Assembly (NCBI RefSeq): GCF_016433145.1
Contig: NC_058134.1
Coordinates: forward strand, 304,847,151-304,911,150
DNA: 64,000 nucleotides
DNA from: Gracilinanus agilis
Taxonomy: Eukaryota
Direction: 5' to 3'
The notes under the pieces were generated by a model, which was not told where the DNA came from, made no database searches, and saw only the letters and a list, made by a program, of their open reading frames with translations. The position numbers were made by a program, and so were the translations under genes. Positions 1-10,376 of the stretch are shown one piece after another; the first letter of the stretch is position 1; every line of letters begins with the position of its first letter.

Positions 1-82
1 AGGGAGGAAGGAAGGAAGGAAGGAAGGAAGGAAGGAAGGAAGGAAGGAAGGAAGGAAGGAAGGAAGGAAGGAAGGAAGGAAG
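1..82 (+). repeat. (GAAG)n tetranucleotide microsatellite
   Basis: Direct read; about 19 units of GAAG. Confidence 0.98.
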
Positions 83-1309
83 GGAAAATCCAGAGAGTCA
101 GCTAGGATAAAGGTGAATATGGTAGTCCTGGGCAGGATCCCAACAATTAAATCCTGTCTGGGGTGGTGATGTCAAACTCAAATAGAAATGATCTCTGAAG
201 GCAACATGTTGGTTTAGAAAAACACCAACTGGCTATCCATGACTCTGTGTTTGTATTTATTTTGTTAAACATTTCCCAATTACGATTTAATCTGTTTGGG
301 AAGTTTTATTGTTGCTGACTGCAGCTACCAATTTGCCCTTTGGTACATCAGACCCTTGTCACAGGGAGGAGCAGGTCTGGGTAGAATTGGGGGCATGGCT
401 GGGTCTGGGACTGCAGTCATCTGTTGTGAGGGCCACGTTCAAGGACAAAGCCTTGGCCAACTCTGGGAGTCCTTTCTCTCTCACTCCCAAATGCATGGAT
501 CTCAGCTGCCCCCTCCCTCAACCCTCCCCGATGGTGAGCTGATGTCGGATTATAAAACTAAACTAACACAGTGATCAAATTCTGCTCAAGGTTAGACTTT
601 CCTATTTAAATAAAATTTATTTTCCACTAAAATGTGTGGTCACATCCGAGTGTGATATAAAATCAAAACAGGCCTATGAATAATAGCCAGCACTGGCCTC
701 TAACACTTCCTAAATCAGCTCTGGAGTTAACGTGTCCCCTAGTGTCGGCTCCTGCCAGCCAGACCCCTGAAATATCCCCCATCTGTATTCTGCTGCGGAA
801 AACATTCTTCCTCGTGGCCTACCTAGAAAGCCACGCTTCCTCTTATCACCGATCTCCTCTGCCAGCTCTCCCAAGCTCAGATTTCATGCCCAGTTCACAC
901 CCACCTTGGGTCATCTTCACCTTTGTCTGCCTCAGCAGCAGCCACCAACATTGGGAAATAGGCTGGCTCGGGACCCACCTTGGGATTCCTGCAGCGACGT
1001 GTCTACACACTATTGGAACCTTGGAGGATTTTAGTCTTTCATCCAATGCCTTCTTCATTTGACAGAGGAGGATGCATCCTGGGCTAATGGAAAGAAGGCT
1101 GGACTTGTGGCCAAGGGCACCTGGGTAAGAATTCCACTCCCACTGTGCAACCTGGGGCAAGTCGCCCAATGTACCAGAATCCTCCACTTCCTCATCTGGA
1201 AAACGAGGGCAATAATGCCATGTTGTCAGCCCCATGAGGACACGGACCACAGTCTTGTTTCCTTGTGTTTATGTACCCAGAACAGCAAAGTGGCACAGCA
1301 AAGGGAATA

Positions 1310-1560
1310 TATATACATTTATTAAGCATCTACTATGTGCCTGGCACTGGGCTAAGCCCTTTACGAATACTACCTCATTTGATCCTCACAATAATCCTGG
1401 GAGGTAAGTGCTATTATTATCCCCATTTTACAGTTCAGAAAAACCAAGGCAGAAAGAGGTGAAGTCACTTGCCCAGAGTCACAGAGCTAGGCTATGTCTG
1501 AGGCTGAATTTGAACTCAGATCTTCCTGACTCCGGGCTCTGTGCTCTAGCCACTGCACCT
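1310..1560 (-). mobile_element. MIR-type CORE-SINE
   Basis: catttattaagcatctactatgtgcc...ccccattttacag...gtcacttgcccagagtcac is the reverse complement of the MIR core. Confidence 0.8.
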
Positions 1561-1846
1561 TTTAAATGCTTTATCTACTTACCTGATGGGAATGATGTGA
1601 GACTCTTGTAAGATAATCACATTAAAAAGGTCTTCATAAATGTTGACTAATTACAGAGGGAGAAATCGAGGTTCATAAGAGGGGAAAGAAAGGACTTGCC
1701 TAAAGTCACATAGCAAGTGATTGTGGTAGGACTAAGATTAGAACCCAGGTTGCCTGATTTCCAGTCCTGTGTTGCTTCCATGATACCAGGCTACTACTCC
1801 CCTGGCATCATGGAATAAGTTCTCTCTCTTACTGCCTCTGTTTCTG

Positions 1847-1847
<1 letters not shown>

Positions 1848-1884
<37 letters not shown>
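1848..1884 (+). repeat. (CA)n microsatellite
   Basis: Direct read. Confidence 0.97.
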
Positions 1885-1887
<3 letters not shown>

Positions 1888-2013
1888 GATGACCCTAAAC
1901 AAAAAAAAATAAAATATTAAAAAGACCTTGAACAACTTTACCAAGGAAGAACATTGAAATCTAGAGAGGCCTCTGAGTGGCTCAGTAATTTGGGTCAGAA
2001 ATACCTGAGTGTT

Positions 2014-2215
2014 GGGGGGCAGCCGGGTGGCTCAATGGATTGAGAGTCAGGCCCAGGGATAAGAAGGTCCTGGGTTCAAATCTGGCCTCAGACACTTCCT
2101 AGCTGGGTGACCCTGGGCAAGTCACTTAACCCACATTGACTAGCCCTTACCACTCTTCTCTGCCTTGGAACCAATACATGGTATTGATTCCAAGATGAAA
2201 GATAAGGCTTAAAAA
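2014..2215 (+). mobile_element. Didelphid tRNA-derived CORE-SINE (SINE1_Mdo-like)
   Basis: gggcagccgggtggctcaatggattgagag head, ggttcaaatc B-box, A tail; diverged TSD aaatacctgagtgtt (1999-2013) / aaatacccaagtgtt (2216-2230). Confidence 0.9.
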
Positions 2216-2995
2216 AAATACCCAAGTGTTGCCCCATCACTGTTGTTGTGGCAACTGATCTGATTGCTGGAGCCCCCATCAAAGGAAAGGAGTCAGCCCA
2301 AATACAGGCTTGAAGTGAGTAAGATTGTTTACTTACAGGTTTATTACTGAATTAGGAAAAAAAATTTATTCTATGCCTCAGTTTCCCTAGCTAAAATACA
2401 GATACACTTGGGCAAAATGATTTTTTAAAATTCAACTTGAGCTGTTTGAATAGGAATTAACTATAATACTGATTCCAAGGTAATTCCATCATTTCTGTGG
2501 GCCTGACAACATGAGCTCAAAAGTCTTTGACAGCTTTTTTTAAATATAAAGAGAAAATAAAATAACATACATAGTCCTGGTAAAAATACTAGGGGACAGA
2601 AATGACAGAAATAACACCCAATTTGTAGGCAATATTATTGCAATATTTTCCTGGCCGGGTTTTGTAAACCAAATATAGGGAATAAGTAGAGATGTAATTT
2701 TCTGTACCTGCTTATTTGTGAAATTGCCATACTTGGGTAAATAGGATCTGATGTGACAGATAGGTTTGATTGAGAAGCAATGAGGCATCATGGTAAGTGA
2801 GTCTTAGTCAGGAAGACCTGGATGGAGGCTCATTTCCGATGCATATGAGGTGTGTGACCTTGGGTAAGTCTCTTCATGTCTGAATTCTTCAGGCAGGTCT
2901 AAGACTCCAAGGTCAGAGAAGCTTTGCATTGACAGAGGGATTTTAAACATCAAGAGTTCTATATGACAATGAAATCACAGTTTAGAGATAAGGGG

Positions 2996-3175
2996 AGACA
3001 GAGACAGAGACGAAGACAGAGAGAGAGAAAAAGAGAGAGACAGAGAGATGGATGGATAGAGAGATTATGTAAACATATACATAGGCGTGCATGTGTGTTT
3101 ATATATGTATCGTGTGCCTAGACACATATCTATACACATGTAAATATGTATTATGTGTATACACATTTTATATAA
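2996..3175 (+). repeat. GA-rich then TA/CA-rich low-complexity tract
   Basis: Direct read. Confidence 0.85.
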
Positions 3176-4339
3176 TTGGTGAGACTACTACAAGCTGTCC
3201 TTAAAGTCTTAGTCCCTAAGATGTTGATTTAACATTAACTGTTAATTTTAAATCAAATGTTGATTTAGCATTAAAGGCAAGTATCACTTAAGATCATTAA
3301 AATTTCTGATTGATTTTTAAAGGTAGCACTGATTGCTTTGCCTCTAGCAGAGAGTGTTTGAGATATCAGATATCTAGATAACTGATTTCCTCCATCACCA
3401 CTTTACCATGCCTTCTCACTTAGTTAATTAGGTTTCCGGAAATGCTTATCTTAGGCAGACTGCTTTTTTGTTGTTCCTTTTTCTTTTTTTTCTGAGCAAG
3501 AGTTAGCAGAAATCTTAACCTCAGACTACACTAAGCAGGGTTATCCCCAAACCTTCATTGATGGAAGCAAAACAAATAGATGTTAAATTGGAACAGATCT
3601 GCCGGCATCTCTGGAATGACCTCTTTTCTTCATCAAGGATAGTGGTTCTACCCCATTTTAACTTGAACATCTCAGGGTCAAAAGCAGTATAAGAGGAAGA
3701 AGTTAGTAAGTGCACAGGTGGGGGGCGAGGGGAGAACTTGATCAAATATTTCCAAAACAAAAACTGTTAGAGACAAAACAATATGAAAGATGATCAGAGG
3801 CAGATTTTTTTCAAGCCAAATCATGGTGGAGAAGATTCACCAGAGAATGGCAAAGAGAATGGAAGCTTTGTCACAAATAGAGGGAAATCTTGAAGAAACC
3901 AGCAACTACAGTTCCATGTACTCACAAAAATCTTTATAATGATCTGCATATCCAAAACAAATGAGTTCATGAACCTCTCCCACCCCAGTCCTCCCCTCTA
4001 TTATCACAAGCTGCCAAATCATGTTATTTCTAAGTTCATTACATTTCTCATGCACTCCTTTCTATCCATCCACACTAGTTCAATTGATTTGGGAGCAGAG
4101 AAGATCTGAAGATGAGAAGGTATTGGAGAGGCAGAGGGCATGCCTGTTTTCAGATATTTGAAGGGCTGTCCTAGAGTAAAGGGATGAGACTCCTGCTTAT
4201 CCACAGGAGCTAAAAATGATGGGAGGAAGCTTCAGAAGCACTAATCCTTGTTTCCTTTTTACTATCTTTATCTGGGCTAATGAAATGGGCTTTATCCTGG
4301 TCTCTCTGCCCCAAGTCAGTCACCACTACAGTCAACTTC

Positions 4340-4753
4340 TGTTCAGATTTTCTAAAGCCTAGATCAAACCATATCATCACTCCTTCCATCCCAAGACTCC
4401 ATCCCCACTCCATTGAATGAGCTCCAGCTCCAAGGGTTCCTATCAATTCCTCTGGTTGGTATTTAAAACTCTTACTACCTTTCCAGCCTTCCTATATCTT
4501 CCTCCTCTCCTCACACCTTACAATCCAATTGCCCTGGTCTATGGCATTTCCTGGGGGGGGGAGAAAAACCTTCATCTCTCATCTCTGGGCCTTTGCAGTG
4601 GCTGTGCCCTATTCCTAAAATGATCTCCTCATTCATCTCTTCCTCTTAGCTTCTCTGGCATCCTTCAAGACTCCACTCAAATCCTGCCTTCTGCAAATGC
4701 TTTTTCTAGTCTCTATTAGCTGCTAGTGCTTTTCCCTCTAAAATTACCTTTCA
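4340..4753 (+). mobile_element. Ancient L2 LINE 3' fragment
   Basis: C/T-rich degenerate L2-like text ending gctagtgcttttccctcta. Confidence 0.55.
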
Positions 4754-5462
4754 TGTGGTGGCAAAAAACTGGAAAAGGAGGGGATGCCCTTCAATTGGGG
4801 AATGGCTGAACAAATTGTGGTATGTGCTGGTGATGGAATACTATTGTGCTCAAAGGAATAATAAACTGGAGGAATTCCATGTGAACTGGAAAGACCTCCA
4901 GGAATTGATGCAGAGTGAGAGGAGCAGAGCCAGAAGAACATTGTACACAGAGACCGATACACTGTGGTAAAATAGAATGTAATGGACTTCTGTACCAGCA
5001 GCAATGCAATGACACAGGACAATTCTAAGGAATTTATGGAAGAGAACGCTACCCACATTCAGAGGAAGGACTGCAGGAGAGGAAACACAGAAGAAAAAAA
5101 ACTGCTTGAACACATGGGTTGAGGCGGACATGATTAGGGATGTAGACTCGAAATTACCACACCAATGCAATGATCAACAATTTGGAAATAGGTCTTGATC
5201 AATGACACATGTTAAAACCAGTGGAAACGCGTATCGGCCATGGGTGGGGGGAGTGCGGGGGGTGAAGGGGAAAGTAGGAGCATGAATCGTGTAACCATGT
5301 TAAAAATGAATATTAATAAATGGTTAAAAAAAACAGTGGAAATGCACATTGGCTATTGGGGGGGAGGTGGGGGGATGAAGGGGAAAGTAAGAGCATGAAT
5401 CATGTAACCATGTTAACTTTTCTAAAAAATAAATATTATTAAATGTTAATGAATAAATAAAT
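4754..5462 (+). mobile_element. 5'-truncated L1 (ORF2 C-terminus and 3' UTR) with two tandem 3' ends
   Basis: ORF VAKNWKRRGCPSIGEWLNKLWY...YCAQRNNKLEEF is the L1 ORF2 C-terminal segment; TSD aaaattacctttca (4740-4753) / aaaattgcctttca (5463-5476). Confidence 0.93.
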
Positions 5463-5492
5463 AAAATTGCCTTTCATCTCTTCTATATGTAT

Positions 5493-5745
5493 GTTGTTGT
5501 TCAATTGTTTTCAATCATGTCAAACTCTTCACAACTCCATTTGGGTTTTTTTGTGTTGTTTTTTTTTTTTTTTTTTGACAAAAATACTGGAGTGGTTTGC
5601 CATTTCCTTCTCCAGTTCATTTTATAGATGAGGAAACTGAGGCAAACAGGGTTAAGTGGGTTGGCCAAGGTCACAGAGCTAGTATCTGAGACTGGATTTT
5701 AATTCATGAAGATGCTTCTTCCCCCCACTGAACCAGCTAGCTATC
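5493..5745 (-). mobile_element. MAR1 marsupial SINE
   Basis: atactggagtggtttgccatttccttctccag...gatgaggaaactgaggcaaacagggttaagtg signature. Confidence 0.85.
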
Positions 5746-6884
5746 GCTATCCTAATTGAAGTTCTAGGAATTGCTTAAGTTGGAAATATACTGAAATTAT
5801 CTGAAAAGCTGAATTTTGGTATGGCCACCATTTACTCAAGACAAGTTCCATCACTGGCAAGAGTTTGCAGTTGAGGTAATTAATTGGTTAGTGAAAGAAT
5901 AATTTCTCGTTCAATTTGATTACTACTATTTACTTAAGCAGAGTCATCAATATAATCCTGGTACGATTTGGTTAGTTCCTACTCTGTATGTCTTTAACTT
6001 TTTAGCTTGAGAAAGTAGCTTCAGCTCCAGTGTTTGCTTATCAGTTTATTATTTTATCTGATTAGATCTTCCCCCCATCTATTCTATCCCCCCCCAAAGG
6101 AATAGAAACCCAAGGGGCACTCAAGCACTTTTTGGTGTGTAAATCTTTACCTTCTCCTTTGCCCTCTGTAAAATTCCAACAATATTCACCCTGCTGATGT
6201 ATCTGAAGACTGCGTACAATTACTGGGACTGTGCTTCAAGAACATAATCAACCAATTATCGAACTGTCTCTGTGTGTTAAGAAGTATGATTGGCAACAGT
6301 AGCTAACAACAAATCCTTGGACATTTTTGCCAGCAAGAATGATCTTTCCAGCTATTTTGAGTCTAAAGAGAGATAAATAGAAACTTCTCCCAAATAGAGT
6401 ACGAATACTTCCAAAGGGAAATTTGTAAATGAAGATTTACTTGGGAAAAACCCTCTCTCGGAATATTTACATTCCTATTCTAAAAGGGCCTCGCTCGGGA
6501 GTCCAAATTCAGAAATAATGAAAATCTATGGATCCTTTCAAGGACAGTAGATTGCAATAGATGGAGACTGGAAAGGAGGAAAGACTCGGGATTTTCCAAG
6601 AGGCGCTTTATAAAGAGAAGCTCAAACCGACTGCAGCACCAGGAATAGCTGAGCCTGGGCTTTGGACACAGGTTAGAATTAAGGGAGAAATACATTGGGA
6701 AAGCCTGTACCTACAGTGTTTAATTTCCCCAAACCCTCATTAAGTACCTATCCTCACCCATAAGGAGCTCCACAAAGAGACAAGAGTCTGGAAGTATCGA
6801 CAAAAATGGAGTGGGTTATTTATATCAAGGCCTCCTCGACTTGTAACAATATCCAGATCGGTCTGAGGTTCTACCTCACATCCA

Positions 6885-7790
6885 TTATATTACCAAAGTT
6901 GGCAAAAAGGGAAAATGACAAATGCTAGAGGGGCTCCAGGAAAATAGGTGCATTGATGCACTGTTGATGGGGCAGTGAACTGATCCAACCATTCTTGGAG
7001 AACAATCTGGAAAGAGGCCCAAAAGGTCTAAACCAGTGATTCCCAAAGTGGGCACCACCGCCCCCTGGTGGGTGCTGCAGCAATCCAGGGAAGTGGTGAT
7101 AGCCACAGGTGCATTTATCTTTCCTATTAATTGCTATTAAAATTTAAAAAAAAATTAATTTCCAGGGGGCTAAGTCATATTTTTCTAGAAAGGGGGCGGT
7201 AGGCCAAAAAAATTTGGGAACCCCTGGTCTAAACTAAACTGCATACCCTTTGTTCCAAAGCCTAGAACCCCAAAGAAATCAAAGAAATAAGAAAAGGACT
7301 CACATATAAAAATAGTGATAGCACACCTTTTTGTGGCACCAAAGGAATAGAAACCCAAGGGACACTCAACCACTGAGGAATAACTGAACAAGTCTTGGTC
7401 TTTGAATGAGATGGAGTACTCTTATATTGGAAGAAATGATGAAGGGAACGGTTTCAGAAACCTAGGAAGATTTGTATGAACTGATGCAGAAGGAAATGAG
7501 CAGAACCAAGAATACAGCTTATACAATTAACATCGATAATGTAAAGAGAGAGCACCCTGCAGGACTTGAGAACTCTGATCAACGCTGAGACCAGCCATAA
7601 TTCCAAAGTCTCTTGTTGAGGAAACATTCTATCAGCTTCCTGACAGAAAGAAGCTGGACTTGGGATAGAAGGAGAGTTCGTGTTTTTTTGGAAAGGATCA
7701 AAGCAAAAATGTGTTTTGTCTGATGATCATATTTGTTACAAGAGTTTCATTTTTCTTTTTTTTTTCTCCAGTGGTGGCGGGAGAAAGAAA
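6885..7790 (+). mobile_element. Old L1 ORF2 3' fragment, interrupted by a hAT MITE
   Basis: aactgatccaaccattcttggagaacaatctgg...gatttgtatgaactgatgcag: degenerate L1 ORF2 C-terminus. Confidence 0.75.
7034..7226. mobile_element. hAT/Charlie-type non-autonomous DNA transposon (MITE), 193 bp
   Basis: TIRs CAGTGATTCCCAAA / reverse complement CAGGGGTTCCCAAA (12/14 match); perfect 8-bp TSD GTCTAAAC at 7026-7033 and 7227-7234. Confidence 0.93.
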
Positions 7791-9521
7791 AATGATTTTT
7801 GCTCAGTGAACGTTTCAGTTTGGTGAAAATAATTTGTTTAATTTTAATATCTAAGATTATATCTAAAACCTTTTGCTATTTGAATAGGAAGAGTGTCCCT
7901 CTGCCCATCTTACCTATATCCTAGAATCATAAGGTCATGGATTAATGGGGCAGCCCCGTCTCCTGACCAGGTCATGAATCCCCTTGGTGTTGAAATGTGG
8001 TTCTCGGTGAGTCGTAGGGGCCAGATGGTGGCATTTTGTGTATAAAAACGGTCACTCACCATAATTCCTAAATGGCATTTTCCCAGCAATGCTTGCAACA
8101 GGAAATGCATCACCGTTGGGACTAAGCCAAAGAAAAGTTTGACAGAAGGATGCTGGCCTCAGGGTGCACACTTGTCCAGTCTGACTAGACAAGAAGCAGC
8201 TGCCAAGCATTGTCGGCCTCTTCGAGAGTGTTTCCTCTAGACCTAGACTGACTCAGTCTCCATCCCAATGGGCCATGAGGCAGCTACCAGCCTGAAATGG
8301 CTCTTGGCTAGAGGACAGAGCAATCCAGGAGCCCCACTCAGAGTTAGTGTCAGGGAAAGAAAATCAGGTATTTATGTTTTAGGACTAAAGTCAACAAAAA
8401 GCCTCATTCTAACCACAGTTACAGGCCAGGGCATTGAGAAGCACTGACGGGCCCAGAGGACTTGCACAGAAATTCCTATAGTCATATAGAATGACAAATG
8501 GTCAGCCACTGGCCTTGGGGGAAGTCTGATGCATCCTGGGGGAAGAAACAGACACTTTATACTTACTGGTCATCAGGAATGATTTTAAAATGAAATTCGA
8601 TGTGAAGAAAGGGCTGAGACCAACAGAGTCAAAGGGATCGCTCTTCGTGCTCCTGTTTCATATGCGTGGAATCTGGGAGAGCTAAGCTGAAATATCTGAG
8701 AAAACCCTGGGGCCGCACTAGGTTGTCTGCAGAAGATGAGCTACCCTAAGCACTTAGATGCTTGTTGATTGATCACAGAATCTCTGAGCTGTAAGGAACC
8801 TCTGTGACAGCCCTGGTAAATGGCCATCCAGCATCTACTGGAGTACCTTTGGGGATGAGAAACTCACTCCCCAGGGAGACAGCCCAATCCACCACTGGAA
8901 GGATCTGATTGTTTAGAGGTCCATCCATGTGTGCTTCTCGGCACATACTCTGGATGCTAGTTCTGCCCTGTGAGGCCAAACAAAGCAAGGCTCTTCCTCC
9001 TGATTCTCCAAGGCTGGAGACCCTTCTGAAAACCTCTAAATTCAGATGACCCTCAAGCAGGAGTTCAGGGAAGCCCAAGTCACTGGTAAGCTCCAAAAAC
9101 CACTGACAAAGGTTTGACACACACTGGGGGAGAGGTGAGAAATTAAACCAGTGGGAAAGGGCCTTTTCCCTTGTTAAGACAAGCCTGGGTCCAGCTTTCA
9201 GGTCCAGTGTCAGCGAAGGGCTGGAAGTAGACAGCTGAGAAAACGGACTGACCATCCAAGTGATTAGCTGAAGTCTTGTCCTCAAAGGAAGCACTAATCG
9301 TGAAAAGTCGGGACTATTAGTGACAGTTGGCAAAAGCAACATCATCCCCCCAGATGTTGAGTGCCGAGGCCAGTCAGACGCAGAGACCAACAACAGCCAG
9401 ATTTGCTGTGTTCCTCATAATGACTGCCTCAGAAGTCTCCTTCTTTGATGGATTGGCATCAAAGGGCAAAAATTAAACCAACAGGCAAGCCCATGCTATG
9501 AGCAATAGGAGTGATGGTGTT

Positions 9522-10376
9522 CTGATTAGAGAATGCAAATCTAGCAAGTTGGCCAATATGACAGTAAAGGAAAATAATAAATGTTGGAGGGGAGGTGGCA
9601 AAACTGATACATTGCTGGTAGAGCTGTGAATTAATTCAGCCATTCTGGAAGGCAATTTGTAATTATGCCCAAAGGGGTTTAGAAGACTGCCTGCCCTTTG
9701 ACCCAGCCATACCACTGCTGGGTTTGTACTCCAAAGAGATAATAAGGAAAAATACCTGTACAAAAGCATTCACAAATGTGCTCTTCATGGTGGCAAAAAA
9801 TTGGAAAATGAGGGTCTGCCCTTCAGTTGGGGAATGGCTGAACAAATTGTGGTATGTTAGTGATGGAATACTATTGTGCTCAAAGGAATAACGAACTGGA
9901 GGAATTCCATGTGAACTGGAATGAAATGACCTCCAGGAAGTGATGCAGAGTGAAAGGAGCAGAACCAGAAGAATATTATACACAGAGACTGAAACATCGT
10001 GAGAGGATGAAATGCCATCGACTGCTACTGATAGCAACGCAATGATCCAGGACAGTCCTGAGGGACTTATGAGAAAGACACCAAGAGAAAGAACTGTGGG
10101 ATAGAAATACAGAAGGAAAATATTTGATTTATCACTTGTTTATATGGGTATTGGATGTGGGGTTTTGGTTTTAAGGTGACTCTATTACAAAAATGAATAA
10201 TACGGAAATAGGTATTGAGTGATGTATAATCCAGTGGAATCGCTTGTTGGCTCTGGGAGGGGGGAGGGAAAGGAGGGAAAGAACACAAATCATGGAACCA
10301 TGGAAAAATACTTAAATAATCAAATAATTTTTAAAATTTAAAATAAAAGAAATATAAAATATAAAAAAAATAAAAA
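9522..10376 (+). mobile_element. 5'-truncated L1 (ORF2 C-terminus, 3' UTR, A-rich tail)
   Basis: L1 ORF2 motifs (tgttggagggga...tttgacccagccataccactgctggg); perfect 15-bp TSD aggagtgatggtgtt (9507-9521 / 10377-10391). Confidence 0.93.

Noticed and set aside
2014-2090. tRNA-like A/B boxes (ggttcaaatc) as tRNA genes
   Set aside because: These are heads of tRNA-derived SINEs, not cloverleaf tRNAs.
4755-4970. L1-derived ORFs here and at 22603-22866 as host genes
   Set aside because: They are L1 ORF2 C-terminal fragments.
8773-9393. 206-aa minus-strand ORF
   Set aside because: No recognisable domain, partly overlaps old repeat-like sequence, and no supporting splice structure.
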